Part shown: positions 1 to 12,613 of the stretch, in pieces
How positions within the stretch are numbered: position 1 is the stretch's first letter
How the letters are laid out: each line of letters begins with the position of its first letter
Assembly (NCBI GenBank): GCA_964016885.1
Contig: OZ024740.1
Location: 352,160,001 to 352,224,000 of the forward strand
Length of the DNA stretch: 64,000 nt
Direction: 5' to 3'
Source: Eledone cirrhosa
Lineage: Eukaryota
The notes under the pieces: model-generated
Databases searched by the model: none
Told to the model about the DNA's origin: nothing
What the model saw: only the letters and a program-made list of their open reading frames with translations
Program-made: the position numbers and the translations under genes

Positions 1-467
1 TCCACATTGTCATCTCCTCTATGATTTTCAGTGATTGAGGTCACCTCTCACCACCTCTGTCCAAATCTTTTTTTGTCTACCTCTACTGTGACTTCCTTCC
101 ACTAGCATTTCTTCACTCATCATCCATGTGCATCACATGTCCATACCAACACACACCTCAGATTCCTCTTAACCCTTTAGCATTTACATTACTCTATATT
201 TTTACAGTAAATATTTTATCTCACATAATATCTCACATAGTATTGAATCTATGAGATTTTGATATTTATTTTGAGAAAATATCTTAACATAAGTATGAGC
301 TACTACTTATGGCCAGTTTGAACAGAAAGAAGTGAGAGAATTCTGACCGGATACGGCCGGTTTAAATGCCAAAGGGTTCAACCCAGTTTCTCCCTCAGTT
401 CAGCCAAGCTCAGCCTTTCTCCCACATTAACATTGTACATCCAACGGCGTATAGCTGCTTCAATCTA
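1..467 (-). mobile_element. Decayed RTE-clade LINE 3' fragment, interrupted by a TTAA MITE
   Basis: Minus strand reads RRWMYNV..ELREKLG / WYGHVM / GRQKKIWTEVVRGDL, typical of the RTE ORF C-terminus; similar to the relic at 2960-3280. Confidence 0.65.
173..376. mobile_element. piggyBac-like (TTAA) MITE, family 1
   Basis: TTAA|CCCTTTAGCATTTA ... TAAATGCCAAAGGG|TTCA ends; full paralogue at 14555-14761 and an inverted partial copy near 10293-10440. Confidence 0.75.
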
Positions 468-499
468 TGCATGTTTTCTGCAGTCACTGCCCATGCAAC

Positions 500-695
500 A
501 ATAAAATGCACTCAGTATACTCAGTAAAGTAGTTGGTGTTAGGAAGGGCATCCGTCCATAAAAGAAAAACATACTAAAGGAGCAAGCCATGGTCTCCCAG
601 TTCATCTAGGATGGTAAAATAAAAACTGACTCCGACCTAATAACCTGCCCAACCCATACAAGCATGGAAAGCAGGGGGAAATATGATAATGATGC
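500..695 (+). mobile_element. SINE-like repeat with RTE-related body and tail
   Basis: GTTGGTGTTAGGAAGGGCATCC core, then CAAGCATGGAAA and an (ATG)n-like tail; related copies near 2340-2485, 7262-7535, 23105-23280 and 31163-31420. Confidence 0.65.
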
Positions 696-1543
696 ACATA
701 TATACATATGCACACATATATGCACATACCATTGCCATATGTCTGTTTCCTATGGTAGTGTGTGTGTACATACACACACACATATACACACACACATACA
801 TGTGTGTGTGTAATGAAAACACATATGCATAGTGAGTCTTTCTCCACAACTGAAGGCTATATATTTTGTTGGTTTCAATTTCCTTTTCCAAAATCATAAT
901 AGGAAGTTAACATTTATAAGCTAACCACTGTTTACATCATTCGTCTTTCCTGTTTAGGCTACCATTTCCATTTTACTCCCAAATCCTAGCAACAGAAATC
1001 TTTCGGCGAATGAAACAAAGAGGGTGGTTGTTGGAGAAGAGAAAATCCCTTGTTTATCTTAAGGGGATACTTATTTTTTTATTACATTGATTTTCAATCA
1101 ATGTTCACAAGCATTTCATTAGCTGTGTTATCAGAGATAGCATAGTAGTATAATGGCAAGAGTGATGCCACAGTATGGTGGCTCTAAGCTTAAAAAGCAA
1201 CCAATATTGTGTGTGTGTCATCTGTATATAGTAAAGTTGAAGTAGATAAAATTTGACATGTGAGTGACAACTGATTGGCCATCCAACACCAATAACCAGT
1301 AGAGCTAGTAGGCCAGCAATTATGTACAGCAGCATCTTTACAGGGAGCAATCATACTTTAGATATACAATCATTCTGATTGGACTTTTAGATAGAAATAT
1401 TTAAAATACTAGAGAAGCAGGACAGATCAAATCATTTTAGATGTTGATGCAATTAATAAAGCCCTTACATATATAGACATATTCATTTATGAAAGGCAAA
1501 TTTGTTTTGACAAACTATTAGTACTACTAAGACTGAAGGTACC

Positions 1544-1857
1544 TGGTTTTGTGGGTAGGGTATTAGGCTCATGATCATATGGTCATGAGTTCGATTCCCG
1601 GTGGCATGTGTCCTTGAGCAAGACCCTTTATTTCATATTGCTCCAATTCATTCAGCTGACAAAAATGAGTTGTACCTGTAATTCAAAGGGCTAGCCTTGT
1701 CACATTCTGTATCATGCTGAATATCTCTGAGAACTACATTATGAGTACATGTGTCTGTGGAATGCTCAGCCACTTACACCATTTCCTGAGCTGGCTGTTC
1801 TGGTGATCCTATCAACTGCAACATTTGTCATCATAATCAACAGAGTGCCTCAACTAC
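1544..1857 (+). mobile_element. tRNA-derived CORE-type SINE
   Basis: tRNA-like head with B box GTTCGATTCC, followed by the CORE-like TGTGTCCTTGAGCAAGAC..TTGCTCCA..CAGCTG..AAATGAGT. Confidence 0.7.
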
Positions 1858-2587
1858 AAAGACACTGCAATCTTTAACCCACAGTAACTTTTCTGCCTCT
1901 GCTATTAATATTATATCTACAGCTTTTGCTCTCCTGAACTTGCTTATTGCACATCAATTCCACCCAGCTAGGCCCACCTGACACAAACATACACACACAT
2001 ACAACTACCCTCCCCGTCATACCATCATTCATATTTTATCTTATCCTCCCATTCCAAGCATCACACTAACCCCTTCACTCAATCTTTCTACTATAGAACA
2101 TCAACCTTCTGGAATTCTGTTCAAGCCCACATTTTTAATACAGATGTTGACCTATTGATATTTCTACTGAACATCAACCATATTGATTTCACTAGTCTGT
2201 GAGAACCTCAACATTCTCCTTCCCTTCTAAATAAGCCATGATAAAAAGGACAGAAATACTTGTTGATGGATAAGAGAGCAAACAAGAATACAAGACATCA
2301 TAAAACATTAAGAAGGGAATTCTCCAAGTACATGAGGCAAAGTGGTTGACATTAGGAAAGGCATCCAGTCACAGAAAACAGCTAAAAATGGAAAGTACAA
2401 GCAAGACATGGTCACCTAACCTGTCTCGCCTCAAAACATGACAAATGCAAGCATGGAAAATAGAAATGAAATAGTGATGATGAAATATATGCATATATAA
2501 CAAACAGGGTGTGGTAAGATACCAGGTGGACCATAACGCACCAGAGTACTCAATACTTAGGGTAGTAGAGTGGGTAATAGGAATGGG

Positions 2588-2693
2588 GTCAGGACCCCGA
2601 CGGCTGAGCTCTGGCCGTTTTGGCAGCCAGATCCGAATGTTCTGTTCACATCTACTGTTGAAACGGCCGGATCTCAGCCGTCGGGGTCCTGAC
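2588..2693. repeat. GC-rich long inverted repeat (about 40-bp arms)
   Basis: GTCAGGACCCCGACGGCTGAG (2588) is the exact reverse complement of CTCAGCCGTCGGGGTCCTGAC (ends 2693); pairing continues imperfectly inward. Confidence 0.9.
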
Positions 2694-2959
2694 GCTTATC
2701 ATGTGTGGTGTGTGCATGCCTGCCCATGTCTGTTTTTGTTTATATTCTGTAGCTTAATATTTTCAAGCCTGGTACTTGAATCATTAAGTACTGGTGTTGA
2801 TATGACTGACTAAATACTCCACCTAAGAGCTGAAACAAATACTGCAAGGCCTTTGCTCCGACGATCCAACAAATCTGCCACTTCACCACCATTAGTCTAT
2901 GTATTATTGTTATACTAGCTACGTTTGCTGTCTGATTTTCATTATCAATTTATTGGGGT

Positions 2960-3280
2960 TGGAGATAAATGAAGCGAAAACGCTTTGATGAATGTGCAAT
3001 GTTAATGATACGCATGAATGATGTAACATGGATGAGCTGAGAGAAAAATTGAGTATAAGAGGAAGCTTGTGCTGGTATGGACACGTGATTGTTGGGTAAA
3101 GAAGTGCTAAGTGATCCCATTGGAAGGAAACTGCAGAGTTGGGGAAGACCAAAAAACACCTGGGAAGAGATGGTAAGAGTTGATCTCAAAATAGTGAACT
3201 TTGCAGAGGAGATGAAAGAATGCAACAAGTGGAGGGAAACTGTGCCAGAGAAGATCTGTCCAAACCATGGAAGCAACTGT
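2960..3280 (+). mobile_element. Decayed RTE LINE 3' fragment
   Basis: WYGHV and GRPKNTWEEMVRVDLK..WR motifs of the RTE C-terminus (ORF 3089-3283). Confidence 0.7.
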
Positions 3281-3455
3281 TAAAGCAACTTAAAATGTCA
3301 AATTGTCAGAGTTTTTTTTTTTATACTCTTTCAACTCTAAAATCTGAATAACCGGCCCTTACGACCAACCCATACAATCAACCCCTACCCCGCCCCCCAC
3401 ACAGGGAAAAAATGTGTATAAATACAACTCAGGGTTCTTAGTTTTTACTGAACAA

Positions 3456-3485
3456 TGAGAGAGAGAGAGAAAGAGAGAGAGAAAG

Positions 3486-3516
<31 letters not shown>

Positions 3517-3547
3517 AAGAGAGAAAGAGAGAGAGAGAGAAAGAGAG

Positions 3548-3578
<31 letters not shown>

Positions 3579-3583
3579 AAGAG

Positions 3584-3624
<41 letters not shown>

Positions 3625-3627
3625 AAG

Positions 3628-3658
<31 letters not shown>

Positions 3659-3676
3659 AAGAGAGAAAGAGAAAGA

Positions 3677-3722
<46 letters not shown>

Positions 3723-3860
3723 AAGAGAGAGAGAGAAAGAAAGAGAGAGAGAGAAAGAGAGAGAGAGAAAGAGAGAGAGAGAAAGAGTGAAAAAGAAAGA
3801 GTGAAAAAGAGTGAAAAAAAAAGAGTGAAAAAAAAAGAGTGAAAAAGAAAGAGTGAAAAA
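3456..3860. repeat. Compound (GA)n/GAAA polypurine microsatellite
   Basis: Seen directly; source of the spurious RE/SL-repeat ORFs. Confidence 0.95.
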
Positions 3861-4234
3861 GACCCATCCCACCCTTGCGAGCGGACGTATGATGATGATG
3901 ATGAAAAAGGGATAGCGGGGGAAGAGGGTACGTTACATAGGGGTAGAGGAGGAAAGGGAATTCTTCATAGGCGGGAAATGAGCAACAGTGAAAGAAGAGA
4001 GAATAAGATATGTTGCTGCTATTGATTGCAGTGTGCATGTGATGCATGTGATGCACATAAAACTACAGTTTAACAGGAATAACTGCAAACATTCCCTATC
4101 TTTATTTCCTATGGGTGAATTGACAGAGGGGGAAGGGAGAGTGGTCATAATATTGGGGGAGGAGGAAAGAAGTAAAACTGGACAGTGAGGGGCATAAAAG
4201 AGAGGTAGGAAGCAATGAGAGAGGAGGGGGCCTG

Positions 4235-4755
4235 GAGAGAGAGAGAGAGCGAGAGACGAGAGAGAGAGCGAAACGAGAGAGCGAGACGAGGGCGAGAGGC
4301 GAGAGAGGGACGAGAGACGAGAGAGAGAGGCGAGAGAGAGGCGAGAGAGAGAGAGAGGCGAGAGAGAGAGAGAGGAGAGAGAGAGAGAGGCGAGAGAGAG
4401 AGAGAGAGGCGAGAGAGAGAGAGAGGCGAGAGAGAGAGAGGCGAGAGAGAGAGAGGCGAGAGAGAGAGAGGCGAGAGAGAGAGGCGAGAGAGAGAGGCGA
4501 GAGAGAGAGAGAGAGGCGAGAGAGAGGCGAGAGAGAGGCGAGAGAGAGGCGAGAGAGGCGAGAGAGGCGAGAGAGGCGAGAGAGGCGAGAGAGAGAGAGA
4601 GAGAGAGAGGCGAGAGAGAGAGTGAGGCGAGAGAGAGAGAGGCGAGAGGCGAGAGAGAGAGAGAGAGGCGAGAGAGGAGAGAGAGAGAGAGGCGAGAGAG
4701 AGGCGAGAGAGAGAGAGAGGCGAGAGAGAGAGAGGCGAGAGAGAGAGAGAGAGAG

Positions 4756-4791
<36 letters not shown>

Positions 4792-4844
4792 AGAGAGAGA
4801 GAGGCGAGAGAGAGAGAGGCGAGAGAGAGAGAGGCGAAAGAGAG

Positions 4845-4881
<37 letters not shown>

Positions 4882-4920
4882 GAGAGAGGCGAGAGAGAGA
4901 GGTGATAAGCGAGAGAGAGC
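4235..4920. repeat. (GA)n microsatellite punctuated by GGC
   Basis: Repeated GGC(GA)n units seen directly; GA-rich sequence continues to about 5310. Confidence 0.95.
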
Positions 4921-5439
4921 GCAAAATAGGAGGAGCAAATTGAAAGAAAATGGAGGCAGCAAAAAAAATATTGACATAAAAAGAGGGAGAGAGCATGGTA
5001 ACAAGCCAAAACAAAGAGGGGGTGGAGTAAAGAGTGACAGCAAAGAGGGAAAGAAGAGTTTCAAAAAGGGAGGGAGAGAGAGAGAGATTAGAGAAAAAGA
5101 TATGTATATGGGAAAAAGTGAGAGAGAGAAAGAGAGAGAAAGAGCGAGAGAGAGAGAAAGAGAAAGAGGAGAGAAAGAGGAGAGAAAGAGAAAGAGGGAG
5201 AGAAAAAGTGAGAAAAAAGTGAGAGAAAAGAGAAAGAGGGAGACAAAGAGTGAGAGAAAGAGGGAGAGAAAGAGGGAGAGAAAGAGGGAGAAGGAAATAA
5301 AAAGAAATATTTTCTAGAGAGATTGTTTGTAAATATTAAAATTGGAGATAGCAGATATGTAAATTGATAGATGAAAAGACTAAAAGATGTAGATGATAGA
5401 TATAAAGATTAACAATAGGAAGGTGGTGGTAGAAAAGAC

Positions 5440-5965
5440 ATATACACATGCATACATAAAATCATACATACATTCATACATATACACATACATAATATCA
5501 TACATGCATCCATACATACACACATACATAAAATCATACATGCATCCATACATACATACACACATACATATATACATAAAATCATTCATGCATTCATACA
5601 TACATAAAATCATATATGCATTCATACATACACACATACATAAAATCATACATACATACACACATACATAAAATCATACATACATACACACATACATATA
5701 TACATAAAATCATTCATGCATTCATACATACATACACATACATAAAATCATACATGCATTGATACATACACACATACATACATAAAATCATACACGCATT
5801 CATGCATACACATACATACATAAAATCATACACGCATTCATGCATACACATACATACATAAAATCATACATTAATACATACATAAAATCATATATGCATA
5901 CATACATACAATCATACATACATTAATACATACCTACAATTACATACATTCATTCATACATTCAT
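5440..5965. repeat. Degenerate (CATA)n array with recurring AAAATCATA punctuation
   Basis: Seen directly. Confidence 0.9.
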
Positions 5966-5989
5966 AAACACAAATATAAATATTACACA

Positions 5990-6255
5990 CTAGTAGTAAG
6001 GGTGTTGAACATACAATCATAATGTTGTGGGTTCGATTCCTGGGTTGGGTTGTGTATTGTGTTCTTGAGCAAAACACTTCATTTCAAGTTGCTCCAGTAT
6101 ACTCAGCTGCAAATGAGTACCAGCAATAGCTGAGCATTTAACTCTGTAATGGACTGGCGTCCTGTCCAGTGGGGAGTCTTGTACTTTCAGTTGTTTAACG
6201 CCATGAAACCGGGATAAACACTGGCCTAATCAGCCTTCTGGCTTAAGACAGACTT
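5990..6255 (+). mobile_element. CORE-type SINE, tail variant 2
   Basis: B box GGTTCGATTCC, CORE block, tail ATGGACTGGCGTCCTGTCC..GGCTTAAGACAGAC; paralogue at 26489-26725. Confidence 0.7.
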
Positions 6256-6289
6256 CAGATTTTTTTTAGACTCATATACAACTTACGTG

Positions 6290-6597
6290 AAGGCACATGG
6301 CTTAGTGGTTAGAGCACTGGGCTTGCAATCATGAGGTCGTGAGTTCGATTCTCAGACCAGGTGATGCATTGTGTCCTTCAGTAAGACACTTTATTTCATG
6401 TTGCTCCAATTTAATCAGCTGTAAAAACGAGCTGCAACATCACTGGTGCCAAGCTGTATCGGCCATTGCCTTTCCCTTGGGCAATATCGGTGGCATGGAG
6501 AGGGGAGACCAGTAGTCTTCCACAAACAACCTTGCCTAGACTTTAGCCTCAAAGGGGAACTTTCTAGGTGCAAATCCCAGTGTCATTCATGTCAAGG
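6290..6597 (+). mobile_element. CORE-type SINE, tail variant 3
   Basis: A box TGGCTTAGTGG, B box GTTCGATTC, CORE block, tail GGTGCCAAGCTGT..GGCATGGAGAGG; paralogue at 49875-50110; minus-strand heads at 23310-23447 and 48755-48878. Confidence 0.75.
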
Positions 6598-7887
6598 AAA
6601 ATGGAAATTGAATTATGGTAATGATGATGATACATATATATATCATTTTATGTTAGTTTTGCCATGCTAGTATTGGTTAGACAGGTTGTTTTGTTCTGAG
6701 ACTAGATAGGTCAGATAACCACATCCAACTGATACATTCCAGTTTGGTATGATATCTACAGCTGATGCCTTGCTAATACCAACCACTTTACCTCATGTAC
6801 TGGGTTTGTTTTATTGTGGCACCAGCACTACCTCTTTACAGAAGGGGCTGTGTGTGTTTTATCATAATACCAGCATGACCACTATACAGAGTAGACTAGG
6901 TGTATTTTATCAAGGAACCAGGGCAATCACTTGCAGAGTGCACTGAGTGATTTCCATCATGGCATTATATTTATTTATTCATAGTATGTTCCCAATTCCC
7001 CATGTTATCAAAAGCTGTATAAGTCCAAGACCCTTATATAAAGGTGCCTATGCACATTGGTATTTTCAAGGCGACATAACATCAGGTTCTCTGGAGGTTG
7101 TGAAAACTTAGGAAAAAAGTGGTAGTTTTCTGCTTTGTTTTAAATAATGCTGTTTCATGGAGAAGAGAATGTTACAACTGTTTTAATCTATTGTAATATT
7201 TTCTGGCTGTGTATGTTCAAAACTACATTATGTAAGATGTGACAGGAAGGAGGGCACTGTGTCATCATCACCATCACTGTTTTACATCCATTCTTCCACA
7301 CTAGCATGAGTTAGACAGGTTGTCCTGTTGAGGGTAATGCCAGTCCGGGTGACTTTGTCTTGCTCATACGGCAACTGATTTTGGCTTGATTTTTACAGTT
7401 GGATGCCCTTCCTCACACCAACCTCATTTACAGTGAGTACTGGATGCTTTTTTTACTGTGGTGTCTACATAGCCACTTTACAGTGTGGGCTGGGTGCTTT
7501 TTTGTTGTGACACCTCCATGACCACTTTGCAGTGGGATGCATATTGTCTATATGCTTCAGCTTCAGCTTGTACCCATGTGTGTGCATATATATAAATAAA
7601 TATATAAATAACAAGCCTTCTTACACAAACCCAAACCCAAACCACCAAACAAACAGACAGAATGACAGAAAGACAGAGAGAAACAGAAGCATTCACTATA
7701 TTAGCAAAAATTCATAAGTTTAGCTAAGCATTTGACATGGCATGACAACTATGACAATGATTTAATATTTCACTAGAGTTCAGTTTTAAACAAACATATT
7801 CTCATTTATGAAGATAACTGTATTTTACTTTCTTGATACCAGTACAGCCAAAACCAGCTCCAGCCATATAAAACAAAAACACACATT

Positions 7888-8152
7888 TTAACCTTTTCAA
7901 TACCAACCTGAGACCACCCATGATTCTATGATATAAAATCTCTTTTTACATTTGTCTATATTTAAATCAAAACCTCCCTTCATAATTTTATGTGAGAACT
8001 TTTTGTTAAGTTATGTTCCAAAAACAAGTTTGATAATGAGAAAATTAAATATATTACAAAATCCATCTAACTTCTTGGCTATTTTCTAAATTATTTGAAA
8101 GACATCACATAAGCAGTGCCTTTCATTAGAAATATAGTAATGAAATGGTTAA
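7888..8152. mobile_element. TTAA-flanked AT-rich MITE, family 2
   Basis: TTAACCTTTTC..ATACC start and GTAATGAAATGGTTAA end; related copies near 29915-30170, 30540-30794, 31835-32180, 32909-34342 (host of the mariner) and 37381-37814. Confidence 0.6.
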
Positions 8153-8774
8153 TGGGTTCCTATTTAAATTTAAATCTTCCAACAATTTTATATAAAAACT
8201 ATATGTTAAGTCATTACATTACTAATGAAATGATTGATAATTTTTAGTAAATCCCTCAAAATTCTCCATTGATTAATGAAAAAAAGGGCATTTTATTAAA
8301 AATATGGGCATGAAATGTTAATTTAAAATTAAGGTGGGCCAACAAGCTATCATCACATGATGCTTTGTTTTAGGAAGGAAGGGAGAAACAGACACAAACA
8401 GAAGGAGAGGCAGGCAAACACACACATACACAGAGGAAGGGGAAGACACACACACACACACACACACACAGAGAAACAGCAACTCAGACACACACATACA
8501 CACAGGGACAGACAATCAGACACAGTCTCACAGATTGGAAGAGTAACAATCACACAAAACTAAAATCATCTCCACACCCTAGTGGCAGATTAAGGGGGGT
8601 TAGCTAGGTTATAGCCAGGGGTGCCACAATATTTAAAGGACTACAAATTAATGTTTTGTTACCATAAATGATATGCAAGGTCCCCAGTTAAATTTTTATC
8701 CAGGGGTCCAATGAAAGCTTAAACTATCCCTACCTCATACTCCATATTAACCTCAAAAAATCAGTCTAAAAGAA

Positions 8775-8955
8775 TGTTGTTTAACCCTAGGTCAACCTTG
8801 ATCTAGTCAACTTAAGATCAATGCCTGCCAACAGTGACCATGTAATTTTTTTTCTAGGATTATATTAAGATGCTAGAGTATGATTCTGGGAAGATTTATC
8901 TGCCATTTCTAAGTAGTCTAGTTACAATATAGTGTCTTCCTTGCTTGTTGGTTGA
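8775..8955 (-). mobile_element. Dispersed ~200-bp repeat with (CAA)n-like tail, class uncertain
   Basis: Shared motif CCAGGTCAGCCCTGATC..CTATGATCAAAGGCATTCCAGCC in diverged copies near 17085-17265, 17455-17560, 27790-27985, 38205-38393, 62620-62810 and 63625-63760. Confidence 0.55.
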
Positions 8956-9290
8956 AATAAATTAATGAAACTTTATCTAATACAAGTGGGTCCTCACCAG
9001 CACGCAGTTATTTCCCCTTTGTTTGCAATTGTTGCATCTTTACACACACACACCCCTTCCCTTCTCTTCCATCCAATCTAGGAAATCACTCATACAAATA
9101 ATTTAACTACTTACATACGTTACTGATAAAGAAGCAGTAATAATGGAAGGGAGAGAAATCAAAATAAGCTAAACTAACTGCGATAAACAAAATATATAGA
9201 AATATATAGAAGTTTATAGTAAAATATTTAAAACAAGGAGGCTGAACCCTTCAGAAAACTTAGAAAATAAAAAAATATATAAATAAACTA

Positions 9291-9688
9291 CCGTATATAA
9301 TCGTGTAAAAGTCGAATTTTTTAGCCCATTTTTTAAGGTTATGGGGTCGACTATTACATGGTTACTACTTTTGAAAGGCTTGAAATGCAAGCTAGAATCC
9401 AAAGTACCATATTGGTGGTAGAATCCCAACTGTATTGTAGGCTACAGTAAGGTAGGCAGACATTTGGGTAAAATTTTAATTTCAGGCATGTATTTACAAT
9501 AATATAAATTTACCTTAAATTTATGACGATTTTATAACAGTGATATTTCTACATACAGGATACTTTGATCCACAAACATTGACCTATTATCTGTGAAATA
9601 CTAGGATCGACTTTTATATGAGGTTTATGGAAAGTTCCTGATTTTTTTTGCCAAAAATAGGGGTTGACTATTACCGAAGTATATATGG
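9291..9688. mobile_element. Tc1/mariner-superfamily (pogo/Tc2-like) non-autonomous element
   Basis: TA|CCGTATATA.. and ..TATATATGG|TA ends, with internal GTCGACT-like subrepeats. Confidence 0.6.
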
Positions 9689-11469
9689 TAAATCCTTTTG
9701 GAATCAGTTTTCATTAATCATTGAAAGATGTCTGGTCAAAAATTATACATCCAATATTTATGTTCATGATACATTTTTTTTTTTTTTTTGCATCATTCTG
9801 TAATGCTTTTTATAATTTAACATCATCTTGCTATATATCTATATTACCTCTACTCCATTAGATATAAACACAAACACATATGGTACTTTACCAAAACTTA
9901 GCTCAATTGTTAGAACGCTCAGCTGAAAATAGAGAGATACGAAGTTCAATTCTCTGTAGGAGCTGCTGGACTCTTAGTTGTAGTGCACCTGAACACAATT
10001 TTCATTATTATTATATAAATAAATAAAGAAAGAAAGAAATAAAGAAATCATTATTATTATATAAAACAGTGACTGGTGAACCATCCAAAACCTTTGAGTT
10101 GCAAATCAACCAAGATAGTGATTTGGGCCACAGTGACCTTTTTCTTATTTAGTAATGTCTAGATATTAAATTGAACCAAACACATTAACAACAAAACATA
10201 TCAAGAAGATGAAACATGCTGAAGAAATGCAAACAGCAGAAAAACATGGAATGGAAGCTCAACAAGAATGTTTTATTTTACTTAGATTTAACTTAACCCT
10301 TTAGCCTTTAAACCAGCTATATCCGGCCAGAATTTTTTCGCCTCTTTCTGTTCAAACCAGCCATAATCAGCCACTCATACCGACATTAAGGTATTGTTTT
10401 CAAAATAAATAATATCAAAATCTCAGATTCGATATTATGTGAGATAATTATGTGAGGTAAAGCCTTTGTGAAAATACAATTGTAAATATTAGGGAAGTTT
10501 AAGAAATTAATTATTTTCTAAATTACCATTTCTGACGGTTTAACCTTGCAATGGTCTTAGAGCACAATATTTGATTGTCCTTATAACAATTCAAAGATTG
10601 GGAACACCTCAATACAGGTGTGTAAGATTTTTGGTTGTGATTTACACACTATAACAGCTAGGGTGTCTCAGCAAATTTCCAATTATAATCAGCTTTTCTG
10701 TCAACTTTGGGATGCAGTATTCTACAGCTGGATGTTCATCCTGACACTGACCCTTTTTATTTTAGTATAATAAGGTACTGATCTTTGCCTGTCAAATCAC
10801 TGAGCTGCAGAAAATATTGCTCATGCAGGACATAAGCATCACCACCTGATAGTATACAATACAAAGTGAAGACTCTCTCTCATGTGCACACACTATTCCT
10901 TACAGTTTCTGTTTGCCAAATTCATTCACAAAGCATTGATCAGCTGAAGCTATGATAGAAAACACTTGGCCAAGGTGCCACTAGTGTGATCAAACCTAAA
11001 AAATTAAAGTTTTGATTGGAGGGGATTGGGGGGGGGGGATTTAGGAAGGAAGTTCATTTTGATGAGGGGAAGTAGTAAACATTATCGGGTAGGTGGCTGG
11101 AGGAAGAAACAAAAAAGTGAAAGGGAACGCTACTAGATAAATGCAATTAAACATACATACGCATACGTGATATACTGAGAACTGTAGCTGGTGTTGTTAT
11201 CGGTAGGGATATTGGTTAATGCAAATGGCAGTAGTGGTAAGAAGGAGAAAATAAACTTTTTTTTTAAGCTGGGGTGGGGGTTTAATACTCAATTTGTTTA
11301 AAGTTATTTATAACAATTATTGTTAATTATTTTAAATTAACAATTTGTTAATTATTTTAAATTAACAATAATATGTTAATTATTTAACATATGCACTTTA
11401 ATACAATTAACTGTTGCCTGCTAAACTGAATTTCTTACAAGAACTAAGTTTCAACTTAGATTAGCATAA

Positions 11470-11750
11470 TGATAATGAAAATTATTGTGTACAGTGCTCA
11501 GGTGCACTACAACTCATCAAAAGTGCATGTATAGTACATAGAATAATGTACAAATGTCAGGAAAGTGAATAGTGTATGAGTTATGATATAACTACACAGA
11601 TACATGCATACTTGTGTATGGAGGGGGGATATCAGGTGTGGTATTGGCAAATTTCGGGAAGCATGGAAGTTTTGAAGGATGCAGTGTCCTGACAGCTAAC
11701 AACTGATGCTGGTAGTTTGTTCCATGCTTCAACAACTGAGTGTGAAAAAA
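11470..11750 (-). mobile_element. CR1-clade LINE 3' end
   Basis: Minus strand encodes VVEAWNKLPASVVSCQDTASFK (CR1 C-terminal signature), followed by a 3' UTR and ATT tail; a tail copy also lies near 9975-10012. Confidence 0.75.
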
Positions 11751-12429
11751 TTTTATTCAATGACAAAATGCAGAGGAAAACATTTTTACCCCAACCAGTA
11801 TTTATTCTTGAATATTTATATTTATTCTCTAGGGCTGGGAAGTTAACTGATGTTTTTGTTAGGTGAGTTAATATCTATAAGGAAGTGAAATAAAGAGAAA
11901 AAAACTACCACTAAAACCATTTTATATAAAGAACTATTAAAATAGTGGTATAAATGATGAGTGATAATTAATGGTATAATGATTTAAACCTTTCTTTTCA
12001 ATATTTCTAATAAAATACAATGTATAAGAACTAATGAAGAATTTGGAAGGATTTATTAAACATAAAAGATTCTTATAAAAAATTATGCTGGAAGATTTTA
12101 ATTTAAAAAAAAAAAAACCTTTAAAATATGTATTTGTTCTCTAAAGCCAGTGGTGATTTTGGGTGGGTTAAATGAGACAATGACGAAACAATTACTCTGT
12201 CATATATTTGTTATGTTTGAGATTTTAACAGCTGTAAAATTTCCATGGGATGAGCTAGCCTATATAATCAAAGAGGATTTTCATTGTAAGAATACTTGTC
12301 CAGCACTAAAGTTTAACCCAAATAAACACACACACCTTAACAGGTATGATAGGCCAGAGGGAATTTCACAGCCTGGTGAGGATGGGGGTGAGTCCTTTTC
12401 TTGTACTCCTTATTGCTATGCCTCTACTA

Positions 12430-12613
12430 CAGTAGTTCCCAAAGTGGGTTCTGCAGATCCAGGGTTTCCTCAAAGGAGTGGCTGGGGTTCCGTGAAAAAA
12501 ATTAGAGGAGTATATTTATATTATGACCATATAACAGTATTAGACTTTGGGGTTCCCCCAAAAGTTTCTGAACCAAAAAGGTTTCTGCATTTGAAAAAGT
12601 TTGGGAAACTCTG
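12430..12613. mobile_element. hAT (Charlie-like) MITE
   Basis: TIRs CAGTAGTTCCCAAA / TTTGGGAAACTCTG; perfect 8-bp TSD CTCTACTA on both sides. Confidence 0.85.

Noticed and set aside
3438-5317. Long ORFs of 100-358 aa with RE or SL repeats
   Set aside because: Translations of GA microsatellites.
6290-6365. tRNA-like sequences here and at other SINE heads
   Set aside because: They continue into SINE bodies and lack a full cloverleaf, so they are not tRNA genes.
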